From Chrysomallon squamiferum (taxonomy: Eukaryota; Animalia; Mollusca), in the NCBI GenBank assembly GCA_012295275.1, contig CM022665.1, positions 31,310,001 to 31,374,000 on the forward strand: 64,000 nucleotides of DNA, in the 5' to 3' direction. The position numbers and the translations under genes were made by a program. Positions 26,501 to 38,019 of the stretch are shown here, one piece after another. Position 1 is the stretch's first letter, and each line of letters begins with the position of its first letter. The notes under the pieces were generated by a model, which was given only the letters and a program-made list of their open reading frames with translations, had not been told where the DNA came from and made no database searches.

Positions 26501-29500
26501 TCAGTATGTAAACATTTACTACCAATATTTAATTACCACATTGCTAGTAAGGCCTACTGGACTTGCTAGCAACATTTTTATGTTGGCTGAAAAGAAACAT
26601 CAAAGAACATTACACTACATTTGGTATATAAAGTGTTGTCTTTCATGTACCAATTGCTGTGTAATGTACTGTATTCTGAACTAATGAAGATCTTCTCACC
26701 TTAAAGGTTATACATAATTAGTGTCATCTTGAAATAAACTATGTCATTATTTACTTAATTCCTTTCTTTACATGTGAAACTTGAATCAATAGAAATTCCT
26801 AGTACTATCCAGTATGACTGTCAGTTGTAAACATAATGCAACAGTTGGGTATGTTTGCCATCATTTAATTATATAATTAATATATGATTCTCCACAAAAA
26901 CTTGATCATATTATAATTAGGACAAAAAGTAAAAGGCACTGATTTTATCACCAGATAAAGGCATCCATTTACAAATCAATATATTTAGAGCAGAAATTGT
27001 GTATCACCATCTTTCTAATATAATTTTAAAGATGAAATTAACTTAATCATAAAGAATATAATATCATTTTACAAAAATATAAGGGGAAAGTGGTGTTTAG
27101 TATATGCTTCACTAAATACCAAGTGATCTTACCTGGTTTTCTGCATTCTGTCTCTGGATGCTGACAAGGTCACCTCCAATAGGCTGCTGCTGCTTCAGTT
27201 CTTCCTGTTTCTGTAGAATCCAGTTTATCACATTCTGTAGAGTCCTCAGTAAATGCATCCACTGTTCAGCATTTGTTTCCAGACGACCTCTGAAATACAG
27301 TTATAATATATTTTTCAGTTTTCAGGGTAATGCTTTTATAATAATGGTCTGTTTATGTCATGAAATAATCATATCATTGTAACAGATGCTTTAGTTTTTA
27401 TGCAGATCTTGTTTTAGAAGTTGGTATCATTATTAGAAAGATATTGCACAAACATACACAAAAATACATAGTTTTTTTTCTTGTTATTTTCTCAAATGGG
27501 TTAAGAATATTCTACACATAAATACACAAGAACTTTACTTACAGGATCAAGCCTTTTCATACAGTTGGCAGTGACTGAGTGTATATTACATACAACTCCA
27601 GTGTAAAAACTATCACAAAATTAACAATTATGAATGCATGAGAACAACTGGTACAACGTTTCATATTACTGCATTAGAATTTTGTCACTGGATTTTTATT
27701 TTATTAAGGTGTATAACACAGTTTTATTATGTTATTGTATTAGCAGTCTGTCACTGAACTTGACAATTTCTGCTTTAAGTACCCTTTGACATTTCTATTT
27801 TTATTTATTTATTTATTATTATTATTATTGATCTTTGTGGTATATGACTTTTTTCTTTTCTTATTTATTTTTATGTTTTTGTGAGAGGTTTTATTTTTTA
27901 AATATTACTGCTGTTACTTTAATTAGATTATTTATTATGATTTTTATAGTCAGGGCTAGTCACAGATTTGGATTCAGTTCTTTAAACAAGTGAAAAAATA
28001 ATAATCGGGGTATGCTTATTCATTAATAACAGTTTGAATGTACTTCAAGTATTTAGTGTTATATAATTACAAGAAGTAAATCATAAAGAAATCTTTGCAT
28101 ATTTATTTATATTACAAAGATAACCAGAAAGGACTAAATATAAAATATTTAAAATCAAGTGAATAATATGTTTATGTTGTTAAAATAACCATAGACATAT
28201 GACAACAATACACCATTAAGTTACCCCAAGAAAATTTATTAATATAGACATTACAATAGTCTTGATCTCTTAAACACACAGATGTTTGCATTTACCCTTT
28301 ATTTCCAAATTCAACTATTTTAGTCACAGTATTAGGCAAACAATGACATTCTGTAACCAATTTATTTTCTTTTTGTTTGGTAACCACCTTACATAAATGT
28401 TGTTTTTCTTTCCTTTCTATTTCTTTTCTTCTTTTTTTTACTTGGTATTTCCTTGAACTAAATTACTACCAAACATGAGGAACCTTTTGACCTTATAGTA
28501 ACAGAAACCAGACAATAGTAACTGACCTTCTGATTGCACACAATGTACATATTTTATTGCTTGAAAAAGGTCAATAAATTCTCCAATATTTTATAACAGA
28601 AAACTGATAGCCAACTGCAATCCTATTCAGAGCTAATATAATCAATTTGGATAACAATACACAGCTCTGGACACTGGTGATAAATCAATGATGATAATAA
28701 AGTGAAAATTACTTGATATATGATGCTGTTGGAAGTTGGCTAAAGTTATTGTTTTGAATCTTACATGAATTTTTTTTTTTTTTTTTTTTTTAAATTAATA
28801 ACAAAAAACAAAAAAACAACAACAAATGACTGCAAGAGCTTTGCTCTATAAATTAAATGGAAATGTCAGTGGTATTTTGAAAATGTATAAAACTAATGGA
28901 ATTTAAGTCAGTATTATATCAGTATCTTTGTTGTGTCTATTTAAAAATTACATAAAGAAAACAAAATCTATACATTCAACAACTGACAGAGTGAAAGAAA
29001 AAAAAAAGAGTGAAAGGGAACTATATTCATGAATCCAAAACAGAGAAAAAGAGAGAGAAAAAATCGGACTGCAGGGTAAAAACAAAGATATCTGGTGGTA
29101 TCCACCTTTAGCCTGTAATATGATTATCTCCACAGCAGCACTAATGTATTTCAGAGCTGCTGATGTCTTGAGGTGACCAGACAAAAGGTTAAACCTTTTT
29201 ATTATTGAAACTACCATGTACAGTTAATTTCTAGAAATCTTTCCATTTTCTATTTCAATCTGGTAGTCTTTTGAGTAAATGGAAACAATTATCTTTGTTT
29301 GATATGAATAATCAGTACAAATAATGCTTAAAGGGCAACTGGCTGTGAGGTTTTGGGAAACATCCTGTATTTACTAATGTAAATATAGTCAACGTAAACC
29401 ATGACATTAATTTTATAATATGTTTAAACATAAACACATAAAGTTACAGCTGTTTTTACATAATAGTAATTTTACAACATTATCCAAGTTTCTCTTATAT

Positions 29501-30398
29501 AGAGACTGTCATTTTCTAAAGTTTCAGAACAAAACTGATGTCAATGAATTTTGGCAAGCTGTATCCCCTTTTATATCATTGAAATAAAATGACACTATAA
29601 TGTTTACCTCTTAAGAGACAGACTAACAATCAACAAATGGGCAATGCCAGTCATTTTCAGAATATAACTGTTACTGTGAAAACTGAAGCATGTATAATTC
29701 TGTAGTGAATGAAGAAAATTCATTATAAGGTTATTAGCTGTCAGATTTATATGACTATATAATGATGGACCTAGAGAGAAATCTGACTATAATCACTCCA
29801 TCTCCTGTAATAAGAAATCTTTCAAAAGCATTTCTCATGAACAAAAACAAAAAATACCACCAACCCCAAAAATAAAAACAAACAAGTTATTTTATATATC
29901 TAAAAACATAATATAGGGAGAAATAACAAATATCTTATGTTTATAAAGACATAACACGGAGATTTTCATTATGTCCTAAATTGTAGTGATTTGTTGCATG
30001 CAGTTATTTTAACTGAAAACACCTCTGTTATAACAAGTTTATTTCTCTCAGACAACAAATTTTACTGGAATTACAATTCTATCACATGCAACAAGCTGAT
30101 CTCACTTGTTGCAAAATAACAACACTTCTTTAGGGGAAATTTTGCAACAGTCTTTACAATCTGTCAAAAAAACATGATCACATCCCAGATGGGTTGTGTA
30201 TTTTTGGTGCAGATAAACTGAATCATACCTGATTTCCATTGATTTGGACATCAGACTCAGCCATCTTTGATTCATGTCCTCCAGTCGCTTGTGTAGTTTC
30301 TGTGAGTCGGATGTGACCATGTTGCGGGCAAGTTGGTTACCAGCAGTGTTTAGAGATTCGTATGCTCCTTGGTGAGCATCAACCTCTGCTTGCAAATC
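1..30398 (-). CDS. DMD: Dystrophin-family gene (dystrophin/utrophin homolog), 3' portion, 21 exons, running off the low-coordinate edge
   Basis: Manually spliced GT-AG exons give one continuous frame: spectrin repeats, WW ([21 protein letters not shown]), EF-hands, ZZ ([29 protein letters not shown]), [16 protein letters not shown] and the coiled coil ([27 protein letters not shown]). Confidence 0.97.
135..268. repeat. Degenerate (AGT/AAT/AGC)n trinucleotide repeat
   Basis: Visible agtagtagc/aatagtagt runs. Confidence 0.75.
1170..1356. repeat. Degenerate tandem repeat, about 55-bp unit, about 4 copies, ending at the exon-75-equivalent donor
   Basis: ttaactaacctgatct at 1341, ttaactaaactgatat at 1286, ttaacaaacctaatct at 1228 and ttaattaactgatct at about 1176, with shared ...gtggtatgaa...aacttttgtaaa linkers. 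Confidence 0.75.
1350..1581 (-). CDS. DMD: Dystrophin exon (exon 75 equivalent), coiled coil TLQAEYDRL...RLRQLLDQ
   Basis: TAG acceptor, CAG|GTTAGT donor, 232 nt, phase 2 to 0. Contains the conserved second coiled-coil helix. Confidence 0.96.
1813..1904 (-). CDS. DMD: Dystrophin exon (3' part of exon 74 equivalent): [30 protein letters not shown]
   Basis: TTTCAG acceptor, GTAAGT donor, 92 nt, phase 0 to 2. Confidence 0.95.
2019..2085 (-). CDS. DMD: Dystrophin exon (5' part of exon 74 equivalent): [22 protein letters not shown]
   Basis: TACAG acceptor, GTAAGT donor, 67 nt, phase 2 to 0. Matches the syntrophin-binding-region motif DEHxLIxxYCQSL. Confidence 0.95.
2433..2546 (-). CDS. DMD: Dystrophin exon (exons 72+73 equivalent): [37 protein letters not shown]
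   Basis: TTTCAG acceptor, GTAAGT donor, 114 nt, phase 2 to 2. Contains the HSRxExYAxRLAE motif. Confidence 0.95.
3606..3643. repeat. (AAAT)n microsatellite
   Basis: Direct observation. Confidence 0.9.
4708..4830. repeat. (CT)n microsatellite, compound at its 3' end
   Basis: About 35 pure CT units followed by interrupted CT. Source of the spurious SLSL/RERE ORFs. Confidence 0.95.
5312..5344 (-). CDS. Candidate 33-nt cassette exon at the position of human exon 71: (R)[10 protein letters not shown](C)
   Basis: Pyrimidine-rich, AG-free stretch ending CACCAG; donor TG|GTAGGT. Phase 2 to 2 with no stop in the dystrophin frame. Confidence 0.5.
5700..6250. repeat. Degenerate tandem repeat, about 135-180-bp unit, 4 copies
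   Basis: ga(a/t)gttcaca(a/t)aa anchors at about 5708, 5842, 6021 and 6187, each followed by similar ...(g/t)aaaa... sequence. Confidence 0.6.
7635..8166. repeat. Tandem repeat, 3 copies of a 145-210-bp unit
   Basis: Recurring agct(t/a)gtggcat, atact(g/a)acaa, aagaca and cttaagtaattaatg blocks, the last at about 7802, 7978 and 8119. Confidence 0.88.
10250..10386 (-). CDS. DMD: Dystrophin exon (exon 70 equivalent): [45 protein letters not shown]
   Basis: TTACAG acceptor, AG|GTTAGT donor, 137 nt. Highly conserved dystrophin motif. Confidence 0.97.
10619..10730 (-). CDS. DMD: Dystrophin exon (exon 69 equivalent), second half of ZZ domain: [37 protein letters not shown]
   Basis: CAG acceptor, GTAAGT donor, 112 nt, phase 2 to 0. 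Confidence 0.97.
11485..11651 (-). CDS. DMD: Dystrophin exon (exon 68 equivalent): ANGRPEIQ...[38 protein letters not shown]
   Basis: TTTCAG acceptor, AG|GTAATT donor, 167 nt, phase 0 to 2. Confidence 0.97.
12256..12413 (-). CDS. DMD: Dystrophin exon (exon 67 equivalent), EF-hand region: [52 protein letters not shown]
   Basis: Poly-T CAG acceptor, AAG|GTATTC donor, 158 nt, phase 1 to 0. Confidence 0.97.
12700..12785 (-). CDS. DMD: Dystrophin exon (exon 66 equivalent): [28 protein letters not shown]
   Basis: CTTTCAG acceptor, GTAAGT donor, 86 nt, phase 2 to 1. Confidence 0.96.
15805..16302. repeat. Degenerate tandem array of about 80-bp units derived from the exon-65-equivalent tail and donor
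   Basis: acttaca (minus-strand TGTAAGT) recurs at about 15805, 15950, 16116, 16199 and at the real donor 16272. 15909-15990 and 16073-16157 align well. Confidence 0.75.
16278..16482 (-). CDS. DMD: Dystrophin exon (exon 65 equivalent), EF-hand region: [18 protein letters not shown]...[18 protein letters not shown]
   Basis: CTTCTAG acceptor, GTAAGT donor, 205 nt, phase 1 to 2. Confidence 0.97.
16826..16900 (-). CDS. DMD: Dystrophin exon (exon 64 equivalent): [24 protein letters not shown]
   Basis: TTTTAG acceptor, GTGAGT donor, 75 nt, phase 1 to 1. Confidence 0.96.
17443..17504 (-). CDS. DMD: Dystrophin exon (exon 63 equivalent), end of WW domain: [20 protein letters not shown]
   Basis: TTCTAG acceptor, GTAAGT donor, 62 nt, phase 2 to 1. 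Confidence 0.96.
18569..18629 (-). CDS. DMD: Dystrophin exon (exon 62 equivalent), WW domain: [19 protein letters not shown]
   Basis: TTTTCAG acceptor, GTAAGC donor, 61 nt, phase 1 to 2. Confidence 0.96.
22885..22979 (-). CDS. DMD: Dystrophin exon (end of exon 60 plus exon 61 equivalent): [31 protein letters not shown]
   Basis: Poly-T AATAG acceptor, CAG|GTAATT donor, 95 nt, phase 2 to 1. Confidence 0.96.
23545..23872. repeat. 42-bp minisatellite, about 8 copies
   Basis: Consensus near caaataactatgagaaatttccctacattgctttcaaagtag. Unit starts at 23587, 23629, 23671, 23713, 23755, 23795 and 23837. Confidence 0.92.
23907..24037 (-). CDS. DMD: Dystrophin exon (exon 60 equivalent), last spectrin repeat: [43 protein letters not shown]
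   Basis: TTCCTTCAG acceptor, AAG|GTGAGA donor, 131 nt, phase 0 to 2. Confidence 0.95.
24428..24598 (-). mobile_element. Decayed SINE-like interspersed repeat fragment
   Basis: gatcctgtaacctatcat (24547) is 16/18 identical to gatcctacaacctatcat (41578), with similar upstream blocks. Confidence 0.4.
25065..25199 (-). CDS. DMD: Dystrophin exon (3' part of exon 59 equivalent): [45 protein letters not shown]
   Basis: TTTTTCTCAG acceptor, AAG|GTAAAT donor, 135 nt, phase 0 to 0. Confidence 0.95.
25598..25749 (-). CDS. DMD: Dystrophin exon (5' part of exon 59 equivalent): [50 protein letters not shown]
   Basis: TTTTAG acceptor, GAG|GTAAAC donor, 152 nt, phase 1 to 0. Confidence 0.95.
26275..26404 (-). 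CDS. DMD: Dystrophin exon (exon 58 equivalent): [43 protein letters not shown]
   Basis: TTTCAG acceptor, CAG|GTGGGT donor, 130 nt, phase 0 to 1. Confidence 0.93.
27133..27289 (-). CDS. DMD: Dystrophin exon (exon 57 equivalent): [52 protein letters not shown]
   Basis: TTTCAG acceptor, CAG|GTAAGA donor, 157 nt, phase 2 to 0. Contains the PIGGD spectrin-repeat motif. Confidence 0.96.
30229..30398 (-). CDS. DMD: Dystrophin exon (exon 56 equivalent): [56 protein letters not shown]
   Basis: TTTTACAG acceptor, AG|GTATGA donor, 170 nt, phase 0 to 2. Resembles human DLQGEIEAH...RRLDNMNFKW...KSLNIR. Confidence 0.96.
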
Positions 30399-31399
30399 CT
30401 GTAAAACAAAATATATTACATTTGTTAGTATAAAATAAGATACTGTAAAAACCTTCTTCATGTTTGTTTATAATCTGCAAGTCCTATAAAATATATTTTT
30501 AAATAATTCACAAATTCTAATATTTAAGTTTCTGCAAATAAATCATGGTAAGCAAATCTGTTATGTTTTGTTAATGATTTGTCAGGTTTGAATTTTTTTT
30601 TATTTGACTACATAAATGGGTCAGTGGAAGTAATATGTATATCTTCTGTGCTTGTTTATGATGTACCCATCTAAAGAAAAGGTTTGAGACAACACCACAA
30701 ATACATAATTCATGAAACATTTGATATAATCTTGTGCTTCTGCTAATGAATGTGATATTCCTGAAAACTAAAAGAAACGTCAATAAAATTATTAAAAATT
30801 GCAAGTACTGAAAATATAAAGATGTCTAATCAAACATTTGTTTTAAAACTATATTAGTTACAAATCTATATGCTTATTTAAAACTTCTTTATATCAAAAA
30901 CAACACAGAATATAAAATTCCAAAATACTCAAAACATTCACACCCACATATATGCAAAAGTACTTTTCCTAAAATTAATCTAAAAATACATTTTGTTGAG
31001 TTTATATGTATAAATGTACATTTTAAATATGTAGGCCACTCCAAAATAATTTTTAAATAAACAGGACATCATATTTCATACAAGTTAAAACATTCCATTC
31101 AAAAGATAAATTCAACTGAAATCCTTAATTTTAATGTCACATGTATACATTAAAAGATAACAATAGCACTCTGTATATTTTAAAAAAAACAAGATAATAA
31201 TAACAAAAACAGCAACAAAAGGAACTAAAAATTCAATTTAATTTGTTCTTATCTATAAGAAACAACCTTCTTAAACTTCTTATAATCAAGAAAACTTTAG
31301 TAAATACATTTAACTTAGCCTATCTGAAATGACAAAACGACTTTTGTCAGAAAATATTTTTGGGTATTACAAAAACTAATATTAAAAAATAAACCTTAC

Positions 31400-31420
31400 C
31401 CATGACACTTTCCTTGCCAT
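31400..31420 (-). CDS. Candidate alternative first coding exon (Dp116-like): MARKVSW
   Basis: AGCATGG Kozak context, in-frame upstream stop, TGG|GTAAGG donor in phase 0, 1 kb upstream of the exon-56 equivalent. Confidence 0.5.
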
Positions 31421-31443
31421 GCTGCAAGCAGCAACGACTAACA

Positions 31444-31457
31444 ATCACCATGGTAAC
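31444..31457. promoter_or_regulatory. RFX X-box-like motif (GTTACCATGGTGAT on minus strand)
   Basis: 12/14 match to the palindrome GTTACCATGGTAAC, 24 nt upstream of the candidate ATG. An identical 15-mer occurs at 10198-10212. Confidence 0.35.
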
Positions 31458-34400
31458 AGCAGCCCACAAAATTCATTATAAAATCTACCAGTACTTCAGA
31501 ACTGCCAGATTGGATAAGATTGTCTCTTTTTTTCCCCCTTAATTAACACTTCGACAGGCAAAGAGCTAGAAGTTTGAATCATCCAAGGGCAAAATGAATC
31601 AACCACAGAAAATAACAAGGTTTCAGATTAAGCAAATATACTAGCACAAAATAAAGATTCAGATTTAGGTATAAAATTTTGTTATTATTATTTTTTTTTT
31701 TTTAAATGAAGAAGATAAAACGTATGTCTTTCCTTGCAGAAGACAACATTATAAGTTGGTGAATTTAAATTTTCCAAAATTCAAAATTTCTTGAGTTACT
31801 CTTTGTTACTATATATATAATATATATACCTTTCAGTTACATAAACATGTTCTTAGGTGTGTCTTGGTAAAATTAATAAGTATTTACTGATGTTTATAGA
31901 TAATGAAACTGTAACAGTATTAGAAATTTGTTGCCCAAATATGATTTCATATTATCAAAATATTTTTAAATATGTGTACTGTAAATTATAGAATTTTCTT
32001 CATAATATTTAAGAATCAATGAACATCTGTTAAGAGCTGATGGTTATTTAATTCATGAATTTTATTCCCTGGTTTGTACACCTGTTGTGAAGGAATTCCT
32101 AATCAGTTTGTAATTTAAAGTCACTTGATTAACCTGACATTAATAAGAGAAAGTTATTTCTTTAAGGGAAAAAAAAAAAACAAATCATTCCAAATTGCCA
32201 ACTCCATGAATAGTTTTTAAATGAATGAATCCTATTTGTGATCTGTTGATATTCAACTATATTTTTTCCAATCATTAAAAAAAATCCATTTGCTGATCTG
32301 TCCAAAGAAATTCCCAATGTTGCAAACAAAAATAAACTAATAAAAAACAAATATTGATGAAAACCTTTCCAAAACTGAAAACTTATTTATATAAACATCA
32401 ATCCATTAGAAGGTTCCGAGAAAAACACTGTTATGAAAAAAAGTAGTCATCTTGAACCAGCCACCAATCAATGTCTCGCCTTTTTTCTATTATTTTATTT
32501 TATTTTTATTATTTTTTAATTTTTTTTATTTCTAACACATCCAGAGAGAGAAAACACAAGCTTTTGTTGACATCATTTCAGGCAGATGACCTTCCATCAT
32601 TTCATTAATCTGGGTGAAAAGATCACTGAAAACTGTTCAAAGTGACAGAGAAACTGTACCAATTCCTACTAGCAGGAAACACGTCTTTAGATCATCCTGC
32701 CAGCACAAATCTGTCTTAACACAGTTCACTGTATTGATCCCTAATCAACACAAGCATTTGGCCATTCTTGGAAGTCCTCGCACTCCATGCCACACATACA
32801 TTGGAGTCTCAATTACTGTCACGTAAATCTTAGAAGCATCATCAAGGTCATTTATTGACCATAATGACAAGTTTATTGCCATAAAGTATGGCTAGTTGGG
32901 TTATGATTGCTGGGCAAGAGAAAGTCAGGACCTCTGGTCTTATCAATTGATAAAAAGAAATTGTGGATTCATCTCATTTACCTCTATGTGACTGTTATTC
33001 ATCCGTGTAATATTGGGTTATATCTACTGTACTTTATTTATTTGGAAATACTTAATAATTCCACAACTTTTAATAGCAAAATGTAAAAGAATTTTAAATT
33101 AATTTTTCATTGTTTTACAAATTTTAATGAGTATGCAATCTTCTGGTTTACAACATGTAACAGAGGATTTCATATCATGCACTTTGAAACATTTGAAAAT
33201 TTCAACAAAATAATCAAAATTTAAATTAATTTAAATGCTATTATTTTACAAAGCAAATACATAGAAACTTAGATTGTACACTTGATATGATACAGAAAAG
33301 AGAAGGAAAAAACATTCAGTATTTTAAACAAAAGTGACAGCTATAAAAGTATTAACAGATGGGTAACTCTAAACATTAATCTCATCAAATATTAACTCTT
33401 CACTTAGTCCTAACACTTTGAAAAGATCAATACGATGATTCATTGGTAAATGTATTATAAAAGTCAACTGTGGGGGAAAAAATACAACAACTTATTGATC
33501 TCACAAAGTACATGTATATTGATGACACTGTTAGCAGGAAACTGAACAATTATCTAGACCTATATCTACTTGTATCCTGTGTCAGTTACTTCATTTTTAA
33601 TTACAATAATGATTATTTATATTCCCTGTCGAGTGTCTTCTGATCTGAACTGGACTCAACTGCACACAAACATGACAAAGACTATCAGTCTATCTGTATG
33701 TGAGTGTGTGCGTGTGTGTGTGTGTGCCATATCAAACTGAATAAATATTTTACTATTTACTTTGAAAATTCAATTTTTTTCTTTAACCTGTTCATTATTT
33801 ATTAATTGTTTTTTGTTTTTCTAAATTCTTCTTTACAGCATAACTTTTTTTTTCAAATTGTTATAATATATTTTGATTTCAGGAAAAAAAAAAAATGTGA
33901 CAGCCTAGTTTAAATATTTATATCAGCTGTACTTTCAATTTTATCATCTGAATAAAATAATCAATATCTAATTTATACAGTAATGTTAAATTTCCGGAGT
34001 AACTAACTAAAAAAAAATTTAAAAAATAATATATTTTTTTTAAAGTTTGAAGCAAAATACTACATCTCTCTTAAATCTGATCATATCTCAGCAAACTGAA
34101 CATATCAGAATTTGTTTTTCTTACTTTCTTAGTTTCTAACAGATGCCATTGCCTTTTCTTAATTCCCACAACAACCTGAAACACCTTTTCTGGGTTTTTT
34201 TCAATAACAAGTGCAATATTGTGTGAGCTACAAATACACACATTGTGTGAAATGAGAAAAGAATAATACTTGTGGTCATGCAGTTATTGATTTTCATGTC
34301 AGTGGGATAATCTTAGAATGAGATAGACATTACTGACCAGGGAAATTAATGGCGATATACGAATGACAAGATGACTGAGGAATCTGACGGAAATGATTGC

Positions 34401-35521
34401 CAAGACCATGGCCCTAGATCAGTCAGTGAGACAGAAATGTAACCAAATTAATTTGTGTGAACTGACTCAGGACTGTTGGATTTGATCACCAGAATCTGAG
34501 AATCTTGTCTCTTTTAATATGTCCATGATGACTGTCTGGTATCTGTTGTGTTCTCAGCTGTTTCACTGATTTAAAGGCTTAATGAGAATTTTGTTTTGCT
34601 TCAACCACCAACCTATTTCTCCAATTGTAGAAGTGTTGTATGTGTGTTGATATATGTCTGGGTATGTCTATGAGTGATATCTGTACAGTTATTTCAGTGG
34701 CTGTATGTGCATATATATTTCTGATACCTTTATTGGTTTTGTTTTCATTTAGTAGTTCATGAGACTGTAAGTGTGTGCGTGGGTGTAACAGAAAATGCAA
34801 TAAATAATATTATGTTAGAAAGTTACTAATACATAAATACTAAACATATCAAGAATAGAAGACTTAGTATTTTTAAATTTTCAACTCAACAGTTATTCAG
34901 TAACAATTAAACATTTTGTAATGTTTAAAAGAAAAGAAAAAATAATCTGACAAGATTTGTCAGTTTCTGTAACATTTAACTTGTCTGTTGTTTGAGTGAA
35001 TGGTTCAGGCACACATCTCATGAGCATTACACCCAACAATACCAGGTATCATGTATATGACAGAAGATCATTGCCATCTCTCCACAGGCTCTGTTTATTG
35101 ATTATGGGATTGATCTTGTAAACTACTGCAGTGTAGACAAAATTATTTTTCTATCTCTAAGCCAAAACTGTGTCAATAATGTAGTTCTTTGGGAATGGTG
35201 CAAAGTGAAGTTAAATCCTGACAAAGATCCTACTAGTGTCAGATTTGAAATAATGTATATATTATATTGTATCATCAGTAAATGAATATTTACTTAACAA
35301 TTAAATGATTTTTGGAGGAATGTTATAATGATATGAAAATTTTGATACTACTTTATGGTCTGCACATATTGACTATGAGCAAAAAATCTTTTATACACAG
35401 CTTGCATCAGACAAAAAAAACAACCCATAAAGCAGAACTTAATGAACTAATAAATATATAAATAATGATATATATATAAAATAATTAAAACAATAAATAA
35501 ATAAAAAAATAACTGAAGATA

Positions 35522-35553
<32 letters not shown>

Positions 35554-37849
35554 CACTGAACAACAACAAATTAATAAAATATAAAATAATAAAATAAAAT
35601 AAAAAGTAAAAAATATATATATATATAAATAAATAAATAACAAAAAATGTTTTTATAAAAAACCCTTAAAAAAAAAAAGACCATCTTACAATATATTACC
35701 TATAAAATCTTGTCACTGATCTTGCACTAAAAATCAGTTTTATGCCATGCACAGACTTTAGTGATTGATAATATGGAGAGAGCAATAGAACAATCACTAA
35801 CTGAGTTTAGTGATGTCAACACATCACTTAGCTGTTATTAACCTTCAGCCAACTGTTCCACTTTAGATACCATTTCTCTTCACAGAGGACATGTCTGGCT
35901 TGATCAAGAATGTCAATGGTCTAATATACAGAGGCTAATCCAATTCCAACCAAAGCTCACAGGCTTCAACGTTGTTTGCCAACAAGGTGCCTTTGGGAAC
36001 AACAACAGTAAATCACATTATGAAAGTAACAAGTGCAATTTTACATCTAGCTGAAAGGAAAAGCAATAAAAACAAAACACTTTTCTTTTTATTAATCAGA
36101 TGAAGAAAGATAATGTTAATATGAACGTCTGTGTAGTAAATTGGTGAATTATTTTGTAAAATTATCTGTGGATATAAAAACTTAAAACATAATTTTATTA
36201 CTGGAAGTAGAAAAAGTAGCAGCCTTTCAGTTTCAAATGAACTTCATTTATTAAAAAAAAATTTAATAATAATAAAATAAATAAAGAAAAATAATAAAAA
36301 TTAACAAAGAAAAAATACTCTCCAAATATAATAATAATAATAAATTTAAAAAATATATAAAAACATTAAAAAACAAAACAAAACAACTTTAAATAAAATA
36401 CCCAACTGTAACTGAAATACATTTTGTAAAAAATAAACAAAAGAATAAAAATAGGAAAATTCAAGAACATTAATGAAAAAATAATTCCTGATAATTTTTT
36501 TTTTTTTTTTTCACAAATCAATATTTATATTTCTTGCAAAATATAATGCTGAGTAACCAATTTTCTATTAAAACTGCTATGAATTTGGAGAAAAAAACAA
36601 ACAACTAAATATCAAAATATGTCAACCCAATAGAGTTTTGAAAGCTTTTCACAGCTACATGCTGCTTATTGTTAACAGAGTTGTTAAAAATACTCAAAAC
36701 AGTACACTGATGTGACATTAGTGCAATAAATTAAAACAGCTGAAAAGAAATGTAGATATTGAAAATATAAATGATTTGAAGACATAATTCAATATATATT
36801 TTTAAATTATATACATATTTTTATTTTTTTAAACTTGAGTTTATAATAATATTATGGGTACACTGTTGGAATGTTAGAAAATAAAACTGCCCAAATATCT
36901 TGCACAATAACAGGGATAAATAATACGAAGTAAAAGTTTAAAATTTAAATCTAACATATCTGGAAAGTAATGGGAAAATAAAAAGAAACAACACACAAAA
37001 ATATGAATAAATAAATAATATATGATCCTTTAATCACAGTTACAAATGAACTACAATTTATAATTTAAATGGGACACAGATATTACAACTTTTAAGAAAT
37101 CTAAAACTTCAAATGGTCTACATTGCCCATTTAAGCAATAAACACAATTTAAACTTTTGTATGGATAAGAATAATTTTCAATTCTGTTCAAACTTGGGGC
37201 TCAAAATAAAGTTACGGAAAATGACTTGCCAAAACTAACACATTTACTAGACCTGTAGCTTTCTGTCTCACAGATAAAGGTGACAGAATGGTCAGACTTG
37301 GAAATGAAACAGACTGCCAGTTCTATCAGATTATCAACACCATGCCTCATTCTCAATCATGGCATTCACTAGGCTGGAATCTGATAGCCCATCTTGAATG
37401 ATGGGACAAAACAGGAAAATTAACTGACACATTCAGATTTTTCTAGGAAATCGGTCAGTCAGTGTCCAGTTAGCTTCTGTGAGCATCATGCAATATGCAC
37501 TGGCATCCATTATTAGTAGCATTTGAAGGAGATATATAATCAGTGGAAGATAAATGAAACTATATTGTACACATGTTTGGAAATAAACAGGTGATCCCTG
37601 CTTAATCAAAATAAAACAATATATATTTAAATATTTATATATATATATATGTAAAATACCCTCAACCAAAAAAATATAATATTAATAAAAAATGACAAAC
37701 AACCAACCACTAACATAATGACAGAAATAATTGTAACATCAGTACAGCTTTCAATCAATAACCAAAACATTTTAAACATATTACTGTATATCATACCTAC
37801 AGAATAAAAAACAAAACAAAAAAAAACCACACTCACATTAAAGAAGTAC

Positions 37850-37995
37850 CACTTTTACTAATTAACAGCAAGGGATCTTTTACATACACATTTTCAAACT
37901 TCTTTGATTGTAACTTAGTGCTGATTAGAATGGCAAACAACCCAAAGGCGTCATTGGTATAATCAATCATGGTACTGTACCCCTGGGACTCTGTT
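37850..37995 (-). mobile_element. Decayed SINE-like interspersed repeat fragment
   Basis: The taacagcaagggatctttt block is shared with 46316-46335 (taacaggtagggatctttt). Confidence 0.35.
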
Positions 37996-38019
37996 CTTCC
38001 CTTGTTAAGAAGAATTTAC

